Below, one piece after another: positions 11,401-17,908 of a stretch of 63,125 bases of DNA (within the stretch, counting starts at the first letter, position 1; the number at the start of each line of letters is the position of its first letter). The position numbers were made by a program, and so were the translations under genes. The notes under the pieces were generated by a model, which saw only the letters and a program-made list of their open reading frames with translations, had not been told where the DNA came from and did no database searches. Origin of the DNA: a virus; the UHGV virus genome UHGV-1373161; one strand, written 5' to 3'.

Positions 11401-14400
11401 CTGCTCCTGAGTTTTCCCGCGCTGGGAAATACCCTGAATGGCATTTTTATCAATGACCGCATATTCGGTGCGTCCGCGCGGATCTGTACCGACGACAACG
11501 CCGTAACCTTTCGAAACCAGGTCGTTGATGGTGTTCTCGGAAAGGCGGGTAATGTCCCCTTCTTTCTGGAAAACCTTCGTGCCGGGCTTGATTTTCACGT
11601 CATAGACGGTCGGGGTACCCTCCATCATCCCGGCGTAGCCTTCAGCCTGCGCGGAATCCTTCTCGGAGGTGCCATAGAAACCGCCGTAAACCCGGCCTTT
11701 CTTGCCCTGTTTCTGACCATTGGCGCGAACAATCTGGATATCATCGAGCGTCAGGTTTCCATTTCCTGAACCGTGAACCAGCGTCATACCTTCAGCGCCA
11801 ACGGTATTTTCACTGGTTGACTGTGGTACTTCTTCGGTCAGGGATGCACGCGACTTCTCATTAAGTCGGGTAGCCTCGGCGCTTTCCGCTTGCGTGCGCG
11901 AGTCCTTATTCAGCAACTCTTTCAGGTGGCGATTCTCAGACGGAGTAAGGCCGTTAGCCTGAACGGCTTCGGTATCTATTTCACCCTGCACAGGTGCGTT
12001 TTTCGCGTCAATTTCCTTCTCGACTTCACGGCGGGCTTTCGTCAGGCGCTCGTTCCAGCCGCCGGATGATTTGGCTTGCTGGTGCAGATATTTCAGGCGG
12101 TCGCGCAACTCTGGCTCGGTCATTTCGCTGACGGCCTTCGGCTGGCGTGGCTGCTCTTCAGTTGCCTGCTCTACCTGCTGTGCTGGCTCATTCACCGCCT
12201 GCGCCGGTTGCTGCTGCACAACGTCGGCAGCGGCGTCAGGACGCACTACTTCATGCGGGCCAAACTCCAGGATTTCGCCGTTCTGGTCAGCAACGACAGC
12301 ATTACCGTTACGGTATTCCTGAACGACGGCCGGGAATGCGGACTCCAGATCGTCGGATGGGATAACCATCGTCTCCGCGCCCACCGGCCCCATGAACTCA
12401 TCGGGGGTGTGGTTCTCGGCGGCAGCGGTATTCTGCTGTGCCTGGGCGGCCACATCCTCTGTGGTCTGCTGCACGCCAGCCTGAAGCGCGCGCCCCAGCG
12501 GCCCGGATGGTTTAACCTCCTGTGGCTGCTCGGTCGAAGACTGGCCGTTGCCCTCAGTAATCGTGATGACTGGTCCCCCATCACGCCATTCACCGGTATA
12601 GCCCGGCGGCGGACCATTATCCTCGAACTTCACCGTTGGAATGGAGCTTCCGGAGTCTTCCTGGGTTTGATCGGCGGGATTGCTTTCGCTGACACGCGGC
12701 GCAGCAGCACCCATACCAGCACCCATAAGGCCACCCACGGCCAGACCACCAGCGGCCTGGTTTGCCACACCCTTCATCAGCGGCGTATTCGGATCGGCCT
12801 GCTGCATCGCATAGTTCTGGCTCATCTGCTGCGTGGCAGACTGCGGCATTTCCTCGAAAACGCCCTCACCAATAGCACCGGCCATCGCCGCTTTCAGGCG
12901 GCCACCAGCGCGGTTAGTGATGATTTTAGCCAGCGCTCGATCACCCATGCCGCCGAAAATACCGGTGGAGATACCCGCCAGCATGAAGGCTTGGGAGGAG
13001 GCATTTTCCGCCAGCTGAGCGCGTGCCTGCTCGAAGGACAGGCCGCCGTCCATCAGCGACTTCATCGCATCGGAATTAGCTAGCTGCTCTGGCTTCATCT
13101 TCAGGATGTCTTCTCTCACCTGGCGAGAAGACTGCGCCCCTCCTAAGCTGCCCTCTAATATTCCACCGGCGACGGTAGCGGTACGGGCTGCAGCTTTCGC
13201 GGCCACCTCGCGCGATGCACCGGATGCCAGGGCGCGGCGATATGCCATCTGCGCCAGGCGGCCAGATCCACCCATCGTGAGCGCCATTTCCGGCAGGCTT
13301 TCCAGAATGCCGGACATATACGCGCGCGGATCGGACCAGGCCGGGCCAAAGTTATAGCCGGTGGCCTTCTTACCGTCGCCAAGGTCATCGCCCGGCTCGA
13401 TAACGAAGGACTTCCGGCGCGCGGCCAGCATTTCAGGAGACAGGCGGCGCTCTACGCTCTCATCGTAGGCCTTAAACAGCTCCTGGGATGATTTTCCATT
13501 CGCCCATCGGTCGAAGCGATCAGCAGCATCGACGATAGGTTTACCGATATACGGGATCTTGCCTACCAGCTCCTGCACGTCCTTCGCTGCCGTGTTGAAA
13601 CCAGAGTCGAGAAGCGCCAGCGCATCAGTAAACAGGTTACCGTCTTTGTTGCCTTCCGGCTGCTTCTGCGGTTGCTGCGTGACAGATTGCTGCGCCGTCA
13701 CCGCCTGGCCCGGCTGCACCAGGTCAGGAATATTGATTTCGATAGGCTTACCGCTCTGCATCGCCTGCTGCTGCATTTCCGGCGTGATGTGCTGCGACAG
13801 CTGCTGCATTTCCTCATCAGTGAGTGGGCGGTAGCGGCCTGGCTCTTCCTTGTTCATCTCATCGAGAAGCGCCTGGGTACGCTGGCGCGTCTGCTCCAGG
13901 TTCTCCATTGCGCTCTGCGCTGGCGGGTAATCCTGCGCGATCTGCCCCATGCGGGTTTGTGGTTGGTCCTGCTGCTGGGTCGGCTGACCGGCGGCAACGG
14001 ACTGACCACCGCCCAGGAACTTCTCTGCGCGGCCTAAAACGTCTTTGCCGTACTGCGCTGTTTTCGGCCCCCACTGTTTGCGGTCATCACCACCAAAGTG
14101 CGCCTGAACTGCCTCCTGCATCGAGTAACCTTTATCCAGGCGCTCACGCAGCTGGCGCGCAGCGGCATCGATTGACTGCACAGGATCGTAAGGGTTGATG
14201 CCCATACGCGAGGCGGTGCTATCGATGTACTGCATCAGGCCTTTTGCCCTGCCATATTTGGTAGGCACGCCGATAGCGGTGGGGTTGAAAGAAGACTCCT
14301 GCTCTGCCAGGCCCATCAGGACGTTAAACGGCACGCCGTATTTTTGGGATGCAGAGAGGAATTCAGCCTGGAACGGCACCGCGCCGCCGGTGCTGACGGT

Positions 14401-14490
14401 TTGCGCCTGCGGGCGCTGCGCCCAGTCAGGCAGGCCATAAGACGGCTGCTGGACAAGATCCAGCTCAGACGGCAAAGAGTTTTTAGCCAC
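2431..14490 (-). CDS. Giant multidomain virion/ejection protein (4019 aa): SLT lytic transglycosylase, ParB-like domain, DExH helicase, N6-adenine/N4-cytosine MTase, ART-fold-like segment, HExxH, and a C-terminal TM-containing domain; DarB-like core
   Basis: Single uninterrupted ORF starting at GTG with a GAGGA SD; N-terminal AEQESSFNP (SLT), DGHHQWLAA (ParBc), GTGTGKT and DESH (helicase), VLEPSAGHG and NPPF (MTase), HELFH; sits in the ejection-protein position of the virion module. Confidence 0.85.
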   Translation of the reverse strand: MAKNSLPSELDLVQQPSYGLPDWAQRPQAQTVSTGGAVPFQAEFLSASQKYGVPFNVLMGLAEQESSFNPTAIGVPTKYGRAKGLMQYIDSTASRMGINPYDPVQSIDAAARQLRERLDKGYSMQEAVQAHFGGDDRKQWGPKTAQYGKDVLGRAEKFLGGGQSVAAGQPTQQQDQPQTRMGQIAQDYPPAQSAMENLEQTRQRTQALLDEMNKEEPGRYRPLTDEEMQQLSQHITPEMQQQAMQSGKPIEINIPDLVQPGQAVTAQQSVTQQPQKQPEGNKDGNLFTDALALLDSGFNTAAKDVQELVGKIPYIGKPIVDAADRFDRWANGKSSQELFKAYDESVERRLSPEMLAARRKSFVIEPGDDLGDGKKATGYNFGPAWSDPRAYMSGILESLPEMALTMGGSGRLAQMAYRRALASGASREVAAKAAARTATVAGGILEGSLGGAQSSRQVREDILKMKPEQLANSDAMKSLMDGGLSFEQARAQLAENASSQAFMLAGISTGIFGGMGDRALAKIITNRAGGRLKAAMAGAIGEGVFEEMPQSATQQMSQNYAMQQADPNTPLMKGVANQAAGGLAVGGLMGAGMGAAAPRVSESNPADQTQEDSGSSIPTVKFEDNGPPPGYTGEWRDGGPVITITEGNGQSSTEQPQEVKPSGPLGRALQAGVQQTTEDVAAQAQQNTAAAENHTPDEFMGPVGAETMVIPSDDLESAFPAVVQEYRNGNAVVADQNGEILEFGPHEVVRPDAAADVVQQQPAQAVNEPAQQVEQATEEQPRQPKAVSEMTEPELRDRLKYLHQQAKSSGGWNERLTKARREVEKEIDAKNAPVQGEIDTEAVQANGLTPSENRHLKELLNKDSRTQAESAEATRLNEKSRASLTEEVPQSTSENTVGAEGMTLVHGSGNGNLTLDDIQIVRANGQKQGKKGRVYGGFYGTSEKDSAQAEGYAGMMEGTPTVYDVKIKPGTKVFQKEGDITRLSENTINDLVSKGYGVVVGTDPRGRTEYAVIDKNAIQGISQRGKTQEQVASNEEQNPTLNKDGSQKWFGTERKANEYLQKKGITGTHEIRLVDRRFEIHAKGQDGTLTNEGTTEKAAPSKGKNGPRYNRVKKLLGAEEGDIVTPQEDIGYTTAGRQYRVYQIEKNGIVHLTNLETNGGTTVSLADLERANSRRSGFNRVEAVAEPAPASQKQQQSATSQADSAQELRERANKPKKEQISDLSGNRFEHKGEPLPSKGLVVAAMGNDGAVYVGKKNSVHFQLSQKHPFSERGEWKREGFVNPEGQFLTRSEALTWANRNEGVIKPSENMEGELDAMDYREQAGRRPVESVAEAAPAAQEKQQTGQEWQAFDSESGTLGIPRAEMPQVKAEHRGPMVNFLAARGVTHREGMVPADTLKPTQAEFSPERVARARESNSDRSILVSSDGYVLDGHHQWLAAREKGDNVKAIVLDAPIRDLLPLVHEFPSSLVDTSSASETAKVEPKTAETASIQPKTESEQAKSAQYGASNKLVSQDRAAELRKKLKAKFSQLNSGLDPEILAIGTELAVFHIEAGVRKFADFARAMSADLDVPISRLRPYLRGWFNGARDIMEDSGISIEGMDSHETVRAELAKLDQAPVKEEAPAQTAPKAENQAPVNQPAPASQARSTGSLDDMVNAFDNEVTPNVSGIRTGMEPDSRNAADAVSGNENPVLDGSGRNNRSDEQPGQRAEQERGIGQRDQRVSADGAASRREPGNQPIHQPDGQFESEGRAAGGTERSGSRSDSTARSPVEQQRRRAIVDNAHAAGAGDLASRLKAQKAAKGAPTTWADKASIDAALPLLLPEQRGDVLKIEQRHQVATGVLSTNGTGTGKTATGLGAAKRFYNAGKKNIAIVVPTDKVASDWVKFAGMMDMPLRQLSGIDDAGGSGPIVTTYANFGQNDALYSRQWDLIIPDESHYLSSNANGDSTAALDKLRGLTGHPEGFQHWLIGNNKELHDELTEQRAILNKMNSAQAGYQAQEQKVNRLTEQWQAIEQPARREWQQRWAEQRDLPKVVFLSATPFAYVKNTDYAEGYLFHHTPPAERYTENSTGGYNSANDRERFYMEHFGYRMRYNKLTQPEAGVNTELMEQNFNQWLKDTGALFGRRLDVPFDYDRRFQLIDDAAGKKLDDALRFLNEAENGIYRPIYDEVMRTFDYQRRMFLLESMKARAAVPVIREHLKLGRKVVVFHDYNQGGGFSPFAEALAEMKDLDMRSTASELFQRPMFRINFSGLDSAINTIKKAFPNVLLFNGTVSKGKRRQNADFFNADNSGKNLILVQSDAGREGVSLHDTTGKHQRVEINLGMPTRPVAATQIEGRIYRTGQASDAIFRYMTTGTSWEASTFASKIAERAATAENLALGEEARGLKQSFIDAYNEAEPMQASREDGKGGKERDQALSQNITPFDKAKTFYWAQQKNTKRRDQREGQDYFATPEPVGLKMVEWANIKPGDKVLEPSAGHGAIARFFPAQSDVTMVEPSYDLSQRAALANGTARIINGRFEDLSRANKFDAIVMNPPFGTGGKTAYEHLAKAAKHLRQGGRLVALVPRGGISERRFDQFFGGDEAKGLDLVARIKMPWVTFERAGTKVATEVLVFERHDKSDGSIIPVRPDLSSAQTINELFDRIEGLTLPERQPLTADEAIANAADGTMYSVPGEVVSHQTDTPAFKRWFEGSKVVDENGNPQVMYHGTPEDFTVFNTADRLADGSARNPMNDNIGAFFTSDRPDAEDFSARNASSSAASNIHDVYLAIKNPLVFEDQAEFRSYLRKNSREDMEKAGYDGVIINDVYEEDRAYEFDPDSDEYLNGPKTRWAIAFSPEQVKSASRNNGNFDSSNPDIRFSIAAARESLTEGSIGSAAKELLDAGRLELHSAPPAPEFLSAGGWIDPDGKIHLALYNLRPEDVQPTLMHELFHAGMRNIGGDRRWVNLMDRLGQYYRAAQNGGAKNEWTAAVERIQNAQRQGDRMNDAARDHVIEELGAYAVENFEKMPAGIRKWAESIIGAVKNYLQQTFGLQLGKVTPGQLRALAAGAIRNQKAPATSTSFSTPESSHPPKAAEKQSWFNQRWDEVADLPDNMLKTVMPALLRFTPGRFILKRVGKDIPALGRYADVKLQMDTLRDEWHAKTDQESQKWLKYRVSKPQENAELMGLMHDSTLAQVDPSKDFQSILNAIDLTALREKKRGDPAWDEANQKAQDDAKRKEEHGKLRERYNALSPEGKQIYNRVRDLYSRLADAQEQAIIDNMEKAMDIRSRQVRRKFEDEMQRITDEGLKGKDKEDAIAAAKKALNNGLRKDAWNRRARINQLRSEFESNRLAGPYFPLARFGDFFVTARKKGSGEVVSFSRTETAFAQTRLRKQLEKEGYDVETGIVSKSNDLRKQVPADFVARIEDLLKGIEGTQQTQDQVWQLYLQTMPDYSLRKSRIHRKGRAGFEEDALRAFASHMFHGSHQLARMKYSMELGDLIDQAEREAKRTRSPVRSGLVVEQARMNHDYVMNPTSNRISQVATQGAFMWYLAQSPAAALVNMSQTFIVAPAKLAAFYDKGAAAGIPVALGYLNRAMFDLGMGRTFAEKSARVTPEEKRAVSEAYRMGLITRTQSHDVAGIGDSGVKYSPTRAKLMAAMSFMFHHTERINREATFLAAYRMAKKRGLDPKNAIRKAADLTWDSHYDYQNSSRPAIMHSNVGKTLLVFRNYSLNMLADLAYTAYEMINPRNKQERREARTQMLGLGATLAFNAGIRGLPLYGLLMAIAGMFSDDDEDPEVELKKTMLQYFPKQMVGIMMDGVPGYLSGVELSGRIGFGDLWFRSDDMDREGDSQFLYWAMQVLGASTGIPYNWYRGVSQINDGYTWRGIETMVPKAIKDPMKAWRYYSEGVTTKNGDPIVDDLDGWNIFKQAMGFTPAKVTEQYKMNSYNMNKQTAITEERSKLLGDFYKAWKAGDEKKVDQITDKMRAYSEKYPEMRIDGDAVRSSLTRREKYRGSALGGMNYNQKLVPRLQEEQPGTVYR
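5491..5853 (-). other. Domain candidate: HExxH zincin-like motif (LMHELFHAG), aa ~2880-3000
   Basis: Single HEXXH motif in a predicted helix; no third ligand identified. Confidence 0.3.
5941..6423 (-). other. Domain candidate: H-Y-E type NAD-utilising ART fold (diphtheria toxin/ExoA/PARP/Tpt1-like), aa ~2690-2850
   Basis: VMYHGTPEDF (compare DT SYHGTKPG, ExoA GYHGT), then IGAFFTSD 31 aa later (compare GFYSTDN/GFYIAGD), aromatic +11, downstream acidic cluster VFEDQ/YEEDRAYEFD. Confidence 0.35.
6691..7173 (-). other. Domain: amino-MTase (N6-adenine or N4-cytosine), aa ~2440-2600
   Basis: Motif I VLEPSAGHGAIA followed by motif IV NPPF. Confidence 0.7.
7441..9003 (-). other. Domain: SF2 DExH helicase (SNF2/ResIII-like), aa ~1830-2350
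   Basis: Walker A GTGTGKT, DESH box, C-terminal QSDAGREG motif VI-like. Confidence 0.65.
10111..10365 (-). other. Domain: ParB/Srx-like nuclease domain (ParBc), aa ~1376-1460
   Basis: LKPTQAEFSPERV (box I-like) and ILVSSDGYVLDGHHQWLAAREKG (GHHR-like box II). Confidence 0.6.
14086..14358 (-). other. Domain: soluble lytic transglycosylase (SLT), aa ~45-135 of the giant protein
   Basis: GVPFNVLMGLAEQESSFNP...GLMQYIDSTA, with catalytic Glu in the ES motif; same position as the LT in T7 gp16-type ejection proteins. Confidence 0.7.
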
Positions 14491-14514
14491 TATATTTCCT
14501 CGGAGAATTGGCCG

Positions 14515-15696
14515 TCACTTGACGGGGATCATTACCGGTTTGCCGGTTTTTGTGTCGTAGCCCAGCGCCATACGCGGCTGCGCACCCTGCGTTTGCTGGC
14601 TGGACTGTGGTGTCAGCCCTGCCCCCTGGCCGCCATAGTAGCCGCTTGCCGCATCATCACGCACTTTCAGCTCTTTTACTGCGCGCTCGGTCTTCTCGGA
14701 AGCGCTCAGCTTCTGCCAGTCTTTATCGAGAACGTCTTTATCCTTCTCGGTGATGTAGGTATCGATGCGCTTCGTGATGGGGACGCCCTGATTTTCCAGT
14801 CCGACCATCTGAGGAGCAAGAGATTTAATACGATCCTCTGGCACGCCGTGAGAGCGCAGGTACTCTTCCTTCGCTTTTGCATCGCGCACTACGTTGCTGC
14901 CGCCGCCGTTCCGCAGCTTCTCGGCCTCTTCAGCGCGGCGCAGCTGCGACTGGTTCGCCTGAGATTCCAGCGTGTAACCCTGCTGAAGTCCCATTTTGGC
15001 TACATCCCGGTTCCAGGCCCGATCCTCTTTCTGCACTTCAGCCTTAGCTTTCGTGCTGGCGGCGATCTGCTGGGTTGCGTAATCAAAGACGTTTTTTGGG
15101 TCAGTGAACGGCATCACCGTGCGATAAGCGTCCTCCAGCGTCTTGAAGGTGTGCGTCGTGGTTTCGCCGGTCGCGTCGTTTTTCAGGGTGATATCCATCC
15201 CTGCGGCGTTGCCGTCTTTGTCGCGGGTGAGCTTCGCATTCACAGCCGACCAGCCATTTTCGAAGTATCCCGGCTGATTGAACAGCTTCACCATGCTGCC
15301 CATCGCCCCTTCAGCGTCACCCAGCTGAACGGCACGCATGAAGGATGAACCGTACTTCAGACCCTGCTGAACGTTTTCGTTCTGCATGTAGGTGCGGAAA
15401 GCGTTGGCCTTCTCCACATCCCCATTTTGCAGGTACTGCTGGTAATACTTCGGCACAAACTGCTCGTTGTATACCTTCGCCATGCTATCGATTGTGCCGT
15501 CAGTACCGGCCATCGCCTTCACGGCGTCCTGCCCGATCTGGCGAAGCGCCTGCTGGTCCTGCTGCTGCTGCTCCAGGTTCTTGATCTGCATATCCTGCAG
15601 CTTTTGCCGCGATTTCGCGTTCTGGATGTTCGCATAGGTTTCTGCGCCCTGGCCTAAACCCTGCATAAATGAGCCTAACCCTCCACCGAATGCCAT
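14515..15696 (-). CDS. Virion (ejection-type) protein, 393 aa
   Basis: Gln/Ala-rich, no TM; lies between the S74-domain protein and the giant gene; 4-nt overlap coupling. Confidence 0.45.
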   Translation of the reverse strand: MAFGGGLGSFMQGLGQGAETYANIQNAKSRQKLQDMQIKNLEQQQQDQQALRQIGQDAVKAMAGTDGTIDSMAKVYNEQFVPKYYQQYLQNGDVEKANAFRTYMQNENVQQGLKYGSSFMRAVQLGDAEGAMGSMVKLFNQPGYFENGWSAVNAKLTRDKDGNAAGMDITLKNDATGETTTHTFKTLEDAYRTVMPFTDPKNVFDYATQQIAASTKAKAEVQKEDRAWNRDVAKMGLQQGYTLESQANQSQLRRAEEAEKLRNGGGSNVVRDAKAKEEYLRSHGVPEDRIKSLAPQMVGLENQGVPITKRIDTYITEKDKDVLDKDWQKLSASEKTERAVKELKVRDDAASGYYGGQGAGLTPQSSQQTQGAQPRMALGYDTKTGKPVMIPVK

Positions 15697-15983
15697 TAGC
15701 TGTTACCCCCAAACAAAGATTTGACGAACGCCCAGGAGTTATCTACCTGCGGCTGCGCGGGATGCTGCGGAGATAATCCCGCGCCCTGCTGAGGTGGCTG
15801 CGCCCCCTGTTGCGGAGTCTGCCCCGGTTGCTGGATAGGAATGCCGCCGCCCTGCTGCTGTGTCCCTGGCTGCTGCGTGGCAATCTTGTCCATCATGTCG
15901 TTCTGTTTTTGCTGGGTTTCCATCTTTTTCGCGATGGCCATGCCACCAGCAGCACCCTGAAGAAACGCTCCTAATCCGGCCAT
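15696..15983 (-). CDS. Small Gln/Gly/Pro-rich virion protein, 95 aa
   Basis: Low-complexity QQPGQ repeats; start and stop overlap neighbours (ATGA-type coupling). Confidence 0.35.
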   Translation of the reverse strand: MAGLGAFLQGAAGGMAIAKKMETQQKQNDMMDKIATQQPGTQQQGGGIPIQQPGQTPQQGAQPPQQGAGLSPQHPAQPQVDNSWAFVKSLFGGNS

Positions 15984-17233
15984 TACGCGGCCTCCTTCTT
16001 ACGTTGTGGAAGCCCGCGGCCTTTCGCCAGCGCATCGACTTTCTTATCGAGCTGCTGCACCGCGCCCATAGTGACGCCGACCGCATCCATGAGGTTGATC
16101 ATCTTGCCGTTGCCTTTGCCGGTCGCGGCCTGGAAATCCTCGGCGTATGGCCCGATATGCTCACCACCGTCCGCGATGCCGTCTTTGTACTTCCATTCGC
16201 CAACCGGCATGCGGCGCACTGCTTCAAGCGATCCCGTAGCCGGGCGCTTGTCCTCTTTGAATTCCTTCGAGGAAAACGCCATGAGGCCCATTCCCGCCAG
16301 TGAACCCAGGCCGCCCCACAAGCTGTTAGATTGCTGCTGGTTAGCCTGCCAGGCGTTGAGCTGGTTCTGGTACTGCTGGTTCAGGGTGTTGGCCTGGTTG
16401 CCATATCCTGACATGGCCCCCTGATAGCCCTGGCCCTTAATGCTGGACAGGCCAGCAGCCTGCGCATTGTTCCCGGAAGTGGTTTGCATCGCTGCAGATC
16501 CGGCGCTGGTGGACAGCCCCAGCGACGACGCCGGGTTAACCGCCAGACCTTTACCCATATTGACGGCCTCGGCCTGCAGTGACAGTGCCTGGTTTCGCAC
16601 CGTGTTACGGGCATTATTTTCGGCACCGGCGGCGGCTAGCGCGGTAGCATTTTCGCCAGCACGCTCAACACCGGCATAGCGGCCGCTGGTGGGGTCAACA
16701 CCCATTGACGCCATGTTGCGCTCAGTTGCCTGGCGCTGCTGAGAGGCATTATTCAGCACATCGGCTTTTGCCTCGGAAGCGACCTGCTGCTGACGGTCTG
16801 CGCTATCCCAGTTTTGGGCCTTATTGATGAACTGATCTTCGAGCGGCTTGAAAGTGTTGTTGTAGCGGTCGCGGTCTTCCGTCGCCCACTGCTGAGCCTG
16901 CTTACTGGCATCGAGCTGCTGTTGAGTAACCTGGTTGGCGATTACGTCCTGCTGCTTCTGGCGCTCATTTGCTACGTCAAATTGCTGATTGGCAAATTTT
17001 AGCCATTCTTCACCAAGCTCTGCCTGCTTCATTGCGGCTTTGCCTATGTTCGGATCCGGCGATGGCGCGCTGCCGCCGCCCTTTTTGAACATCAGCAGCT
17101 TTTCCCACGGTTTCTCTTCCGGCTTCTTCTCCGGCTCCTGGTCGCCAGGAGAGATAAACGCATAGGCCAGCTGCGGCTGCATAAACATAGCGACAGCAAT
17201 CAGCAGGGTCAGGATATAGGGGATCTCGTTCAT
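15983..17233 (-). CDS. Virion protein with N-terminal signal/TM segment and C-terminal peptidase_S74-like intramolecular chaperone domain
   Basis: 416 aa; N-term ILTLLIAVAMFMQPQLAYA; C-term SSKEFKEDKRPATGSLEAVRRMPVGEWKYKDG...GEHIGPYAEDFQ matches the S74 CIMCD pattern (SDxRxK...YxYKD...hIGfIAQE). Confidence 0.5.
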   Translation of the reverse strand: MNEIPYILTLLIAVAMFMQPQLAYAFISPGDQEPEKKPEEKPWEKLLMFKKGGGSAPSPDPNIGKAAMKQAELGEEWLKFANQQFDVANERQKQQDVIANQVTQQQLDASKQAQQWATEDRDRYNNTFKPLEDQFINKAQNWDSADRQQQVASEAKADVLNNASQQRQATERNMASMGVDPTSGRYAGVERAGENATALAAAGAENNARNTVRNQALSLQAEAVNMGKGLAVNPASSLGLSTSAGSAAMQTTSGNNAQAAGLSSIKGQGYQGAMSGYGNQANTLNQQYQNQLNAWQANQQQSNSLWGGLGSLAGMGLMAFSSKEFKEDKRPATGSLEAVRRMPVGEWKYKDGIADGGEHIGPYAEDFQAATGKGNGKMINLMDAVGVTMGAVQQLDKKVDALAKGRGLPQRKKEAA

Positions 17234-17236
17234 GGT

Positions 17237-17662
17237 TCATTTCCTGTACATTTCCGGTATGAAACGGCAGTTTTCCCGCAGCATGCCCAGCACGATAAGG
17301 TCGTCATCGGGCAGTGCGTGGCGGATAAAGCCTTCACGCTCAAAGCCCAGGTGCAGATCGAAGCGGAGAGCGGCGGCGTTCTTTGCGGGCACCAGGCCAG
17401 TTACCCGGCGCATGCCCCATTGTACGAAAGGGTGTGAAAAGCTCGCGCAGAGGAAAGCGCGTGAAAGCCAGTTTGGCCCGCCATCACTGGCGATATGCAT
17501 GTTGCAGTCACACTCTGAAAAGCCGTCATAGAGGGTGACAGCGCGCAATTTGCCGTCAGTTTCCCAGCCGATAGCCTTCACATCGGCACGCGGCTGGAAG
17601 TGGATTATCTCGCTGGCCCAGCTGACCAGCTCGGCATCCCGGCCATAGATGATGTTCGCCAT
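17237..17662 (-). CDS. GNAT-family N-acetyltransferase
   Basis: 141 aa from ATG 17662 with GGGG SD; motif-A-like WGMRRVTGLVPAKNAAALRFDLHLGF; palindrome GTTGCC-N5-AGCAAC 12 nt upstream. Confidence 0.5.
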   Translation of the reverse strand: MANIIYGRDAELVSWASEIIHFQPRADVKAIGWETDGKLRAVTLYDGFSECDCNMHIASDGGPNWLSRAFLCASFSHPFVQWGMRRVTGLVPAKNAAALRFDLHLGFEREGFIRHALPDDDLIVLGMLRENCRFIPEMYRK

Positions 17663-17673
17663 ACGTTTGCCCC

Positions 17674-17690
17674 GTTGCCCTTTTAGCAAC
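17674..17690. promoter_or_regulatory. 17-bp palindrome site H (GTTGCCcttttAGCAAC)
   Basis: Member of the recurrent GTTGCY-N5-RGCAAC family; overlaps the RBS region of the GNAT gene. Confidence 0.55.
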
Positions 17691-17728
17691 ATGATAGACA
17701 AAAGGGCAACGCACGACCATTACCAAGT

Positions 17729-17908
17729 TTACGGATTCTGCGCCGCGAGTAACGATTTTACCTGTTTTTCCAGCCGATCGATGCGACGCAGGGCGGCGTC
17801 CAGCTCCTCCGCGCGGACGGCGCGCTTCGGCCTGGCCTTGTCTCCACGCGAGCCGTCGAGCACTTCAACCTTTTCTTTGACCTTTTGCCATTCGCTATCG
17901 CTAACCAT
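17729..17908 (-). CDS. Small coiled-coil protein, 59 aa, not in the ORF track
   Basis: ATG at 17908 overlaps the stop of the 582-aa gene (TAATG); MVSDSEWQKVKEKVEVLDGSRGDKARPKRAVRAEELDAALRRIDRLEKQVKSLLAAQNP. Confidence 0.3.
   Translation of the reverse strand: MVSDSEWQKVKEKVEVLDGSRGDKARPKRAVRAEELDAALRRIDRLEKQVKSLLAAQNP

Noticed and set aside
2419-14440. Many plus-strand ORFs of 60-525 aa (for example 3406-4983, 6202-6987, 12076-13083) inside the giant gene
   Set aside because: All are antisense or out of frame to one continuous 4019-aa ORF with coherent domain content; they have Arg/Ala/Leu-rich compositions typical of spurious GC-rich frames and no SD/start context
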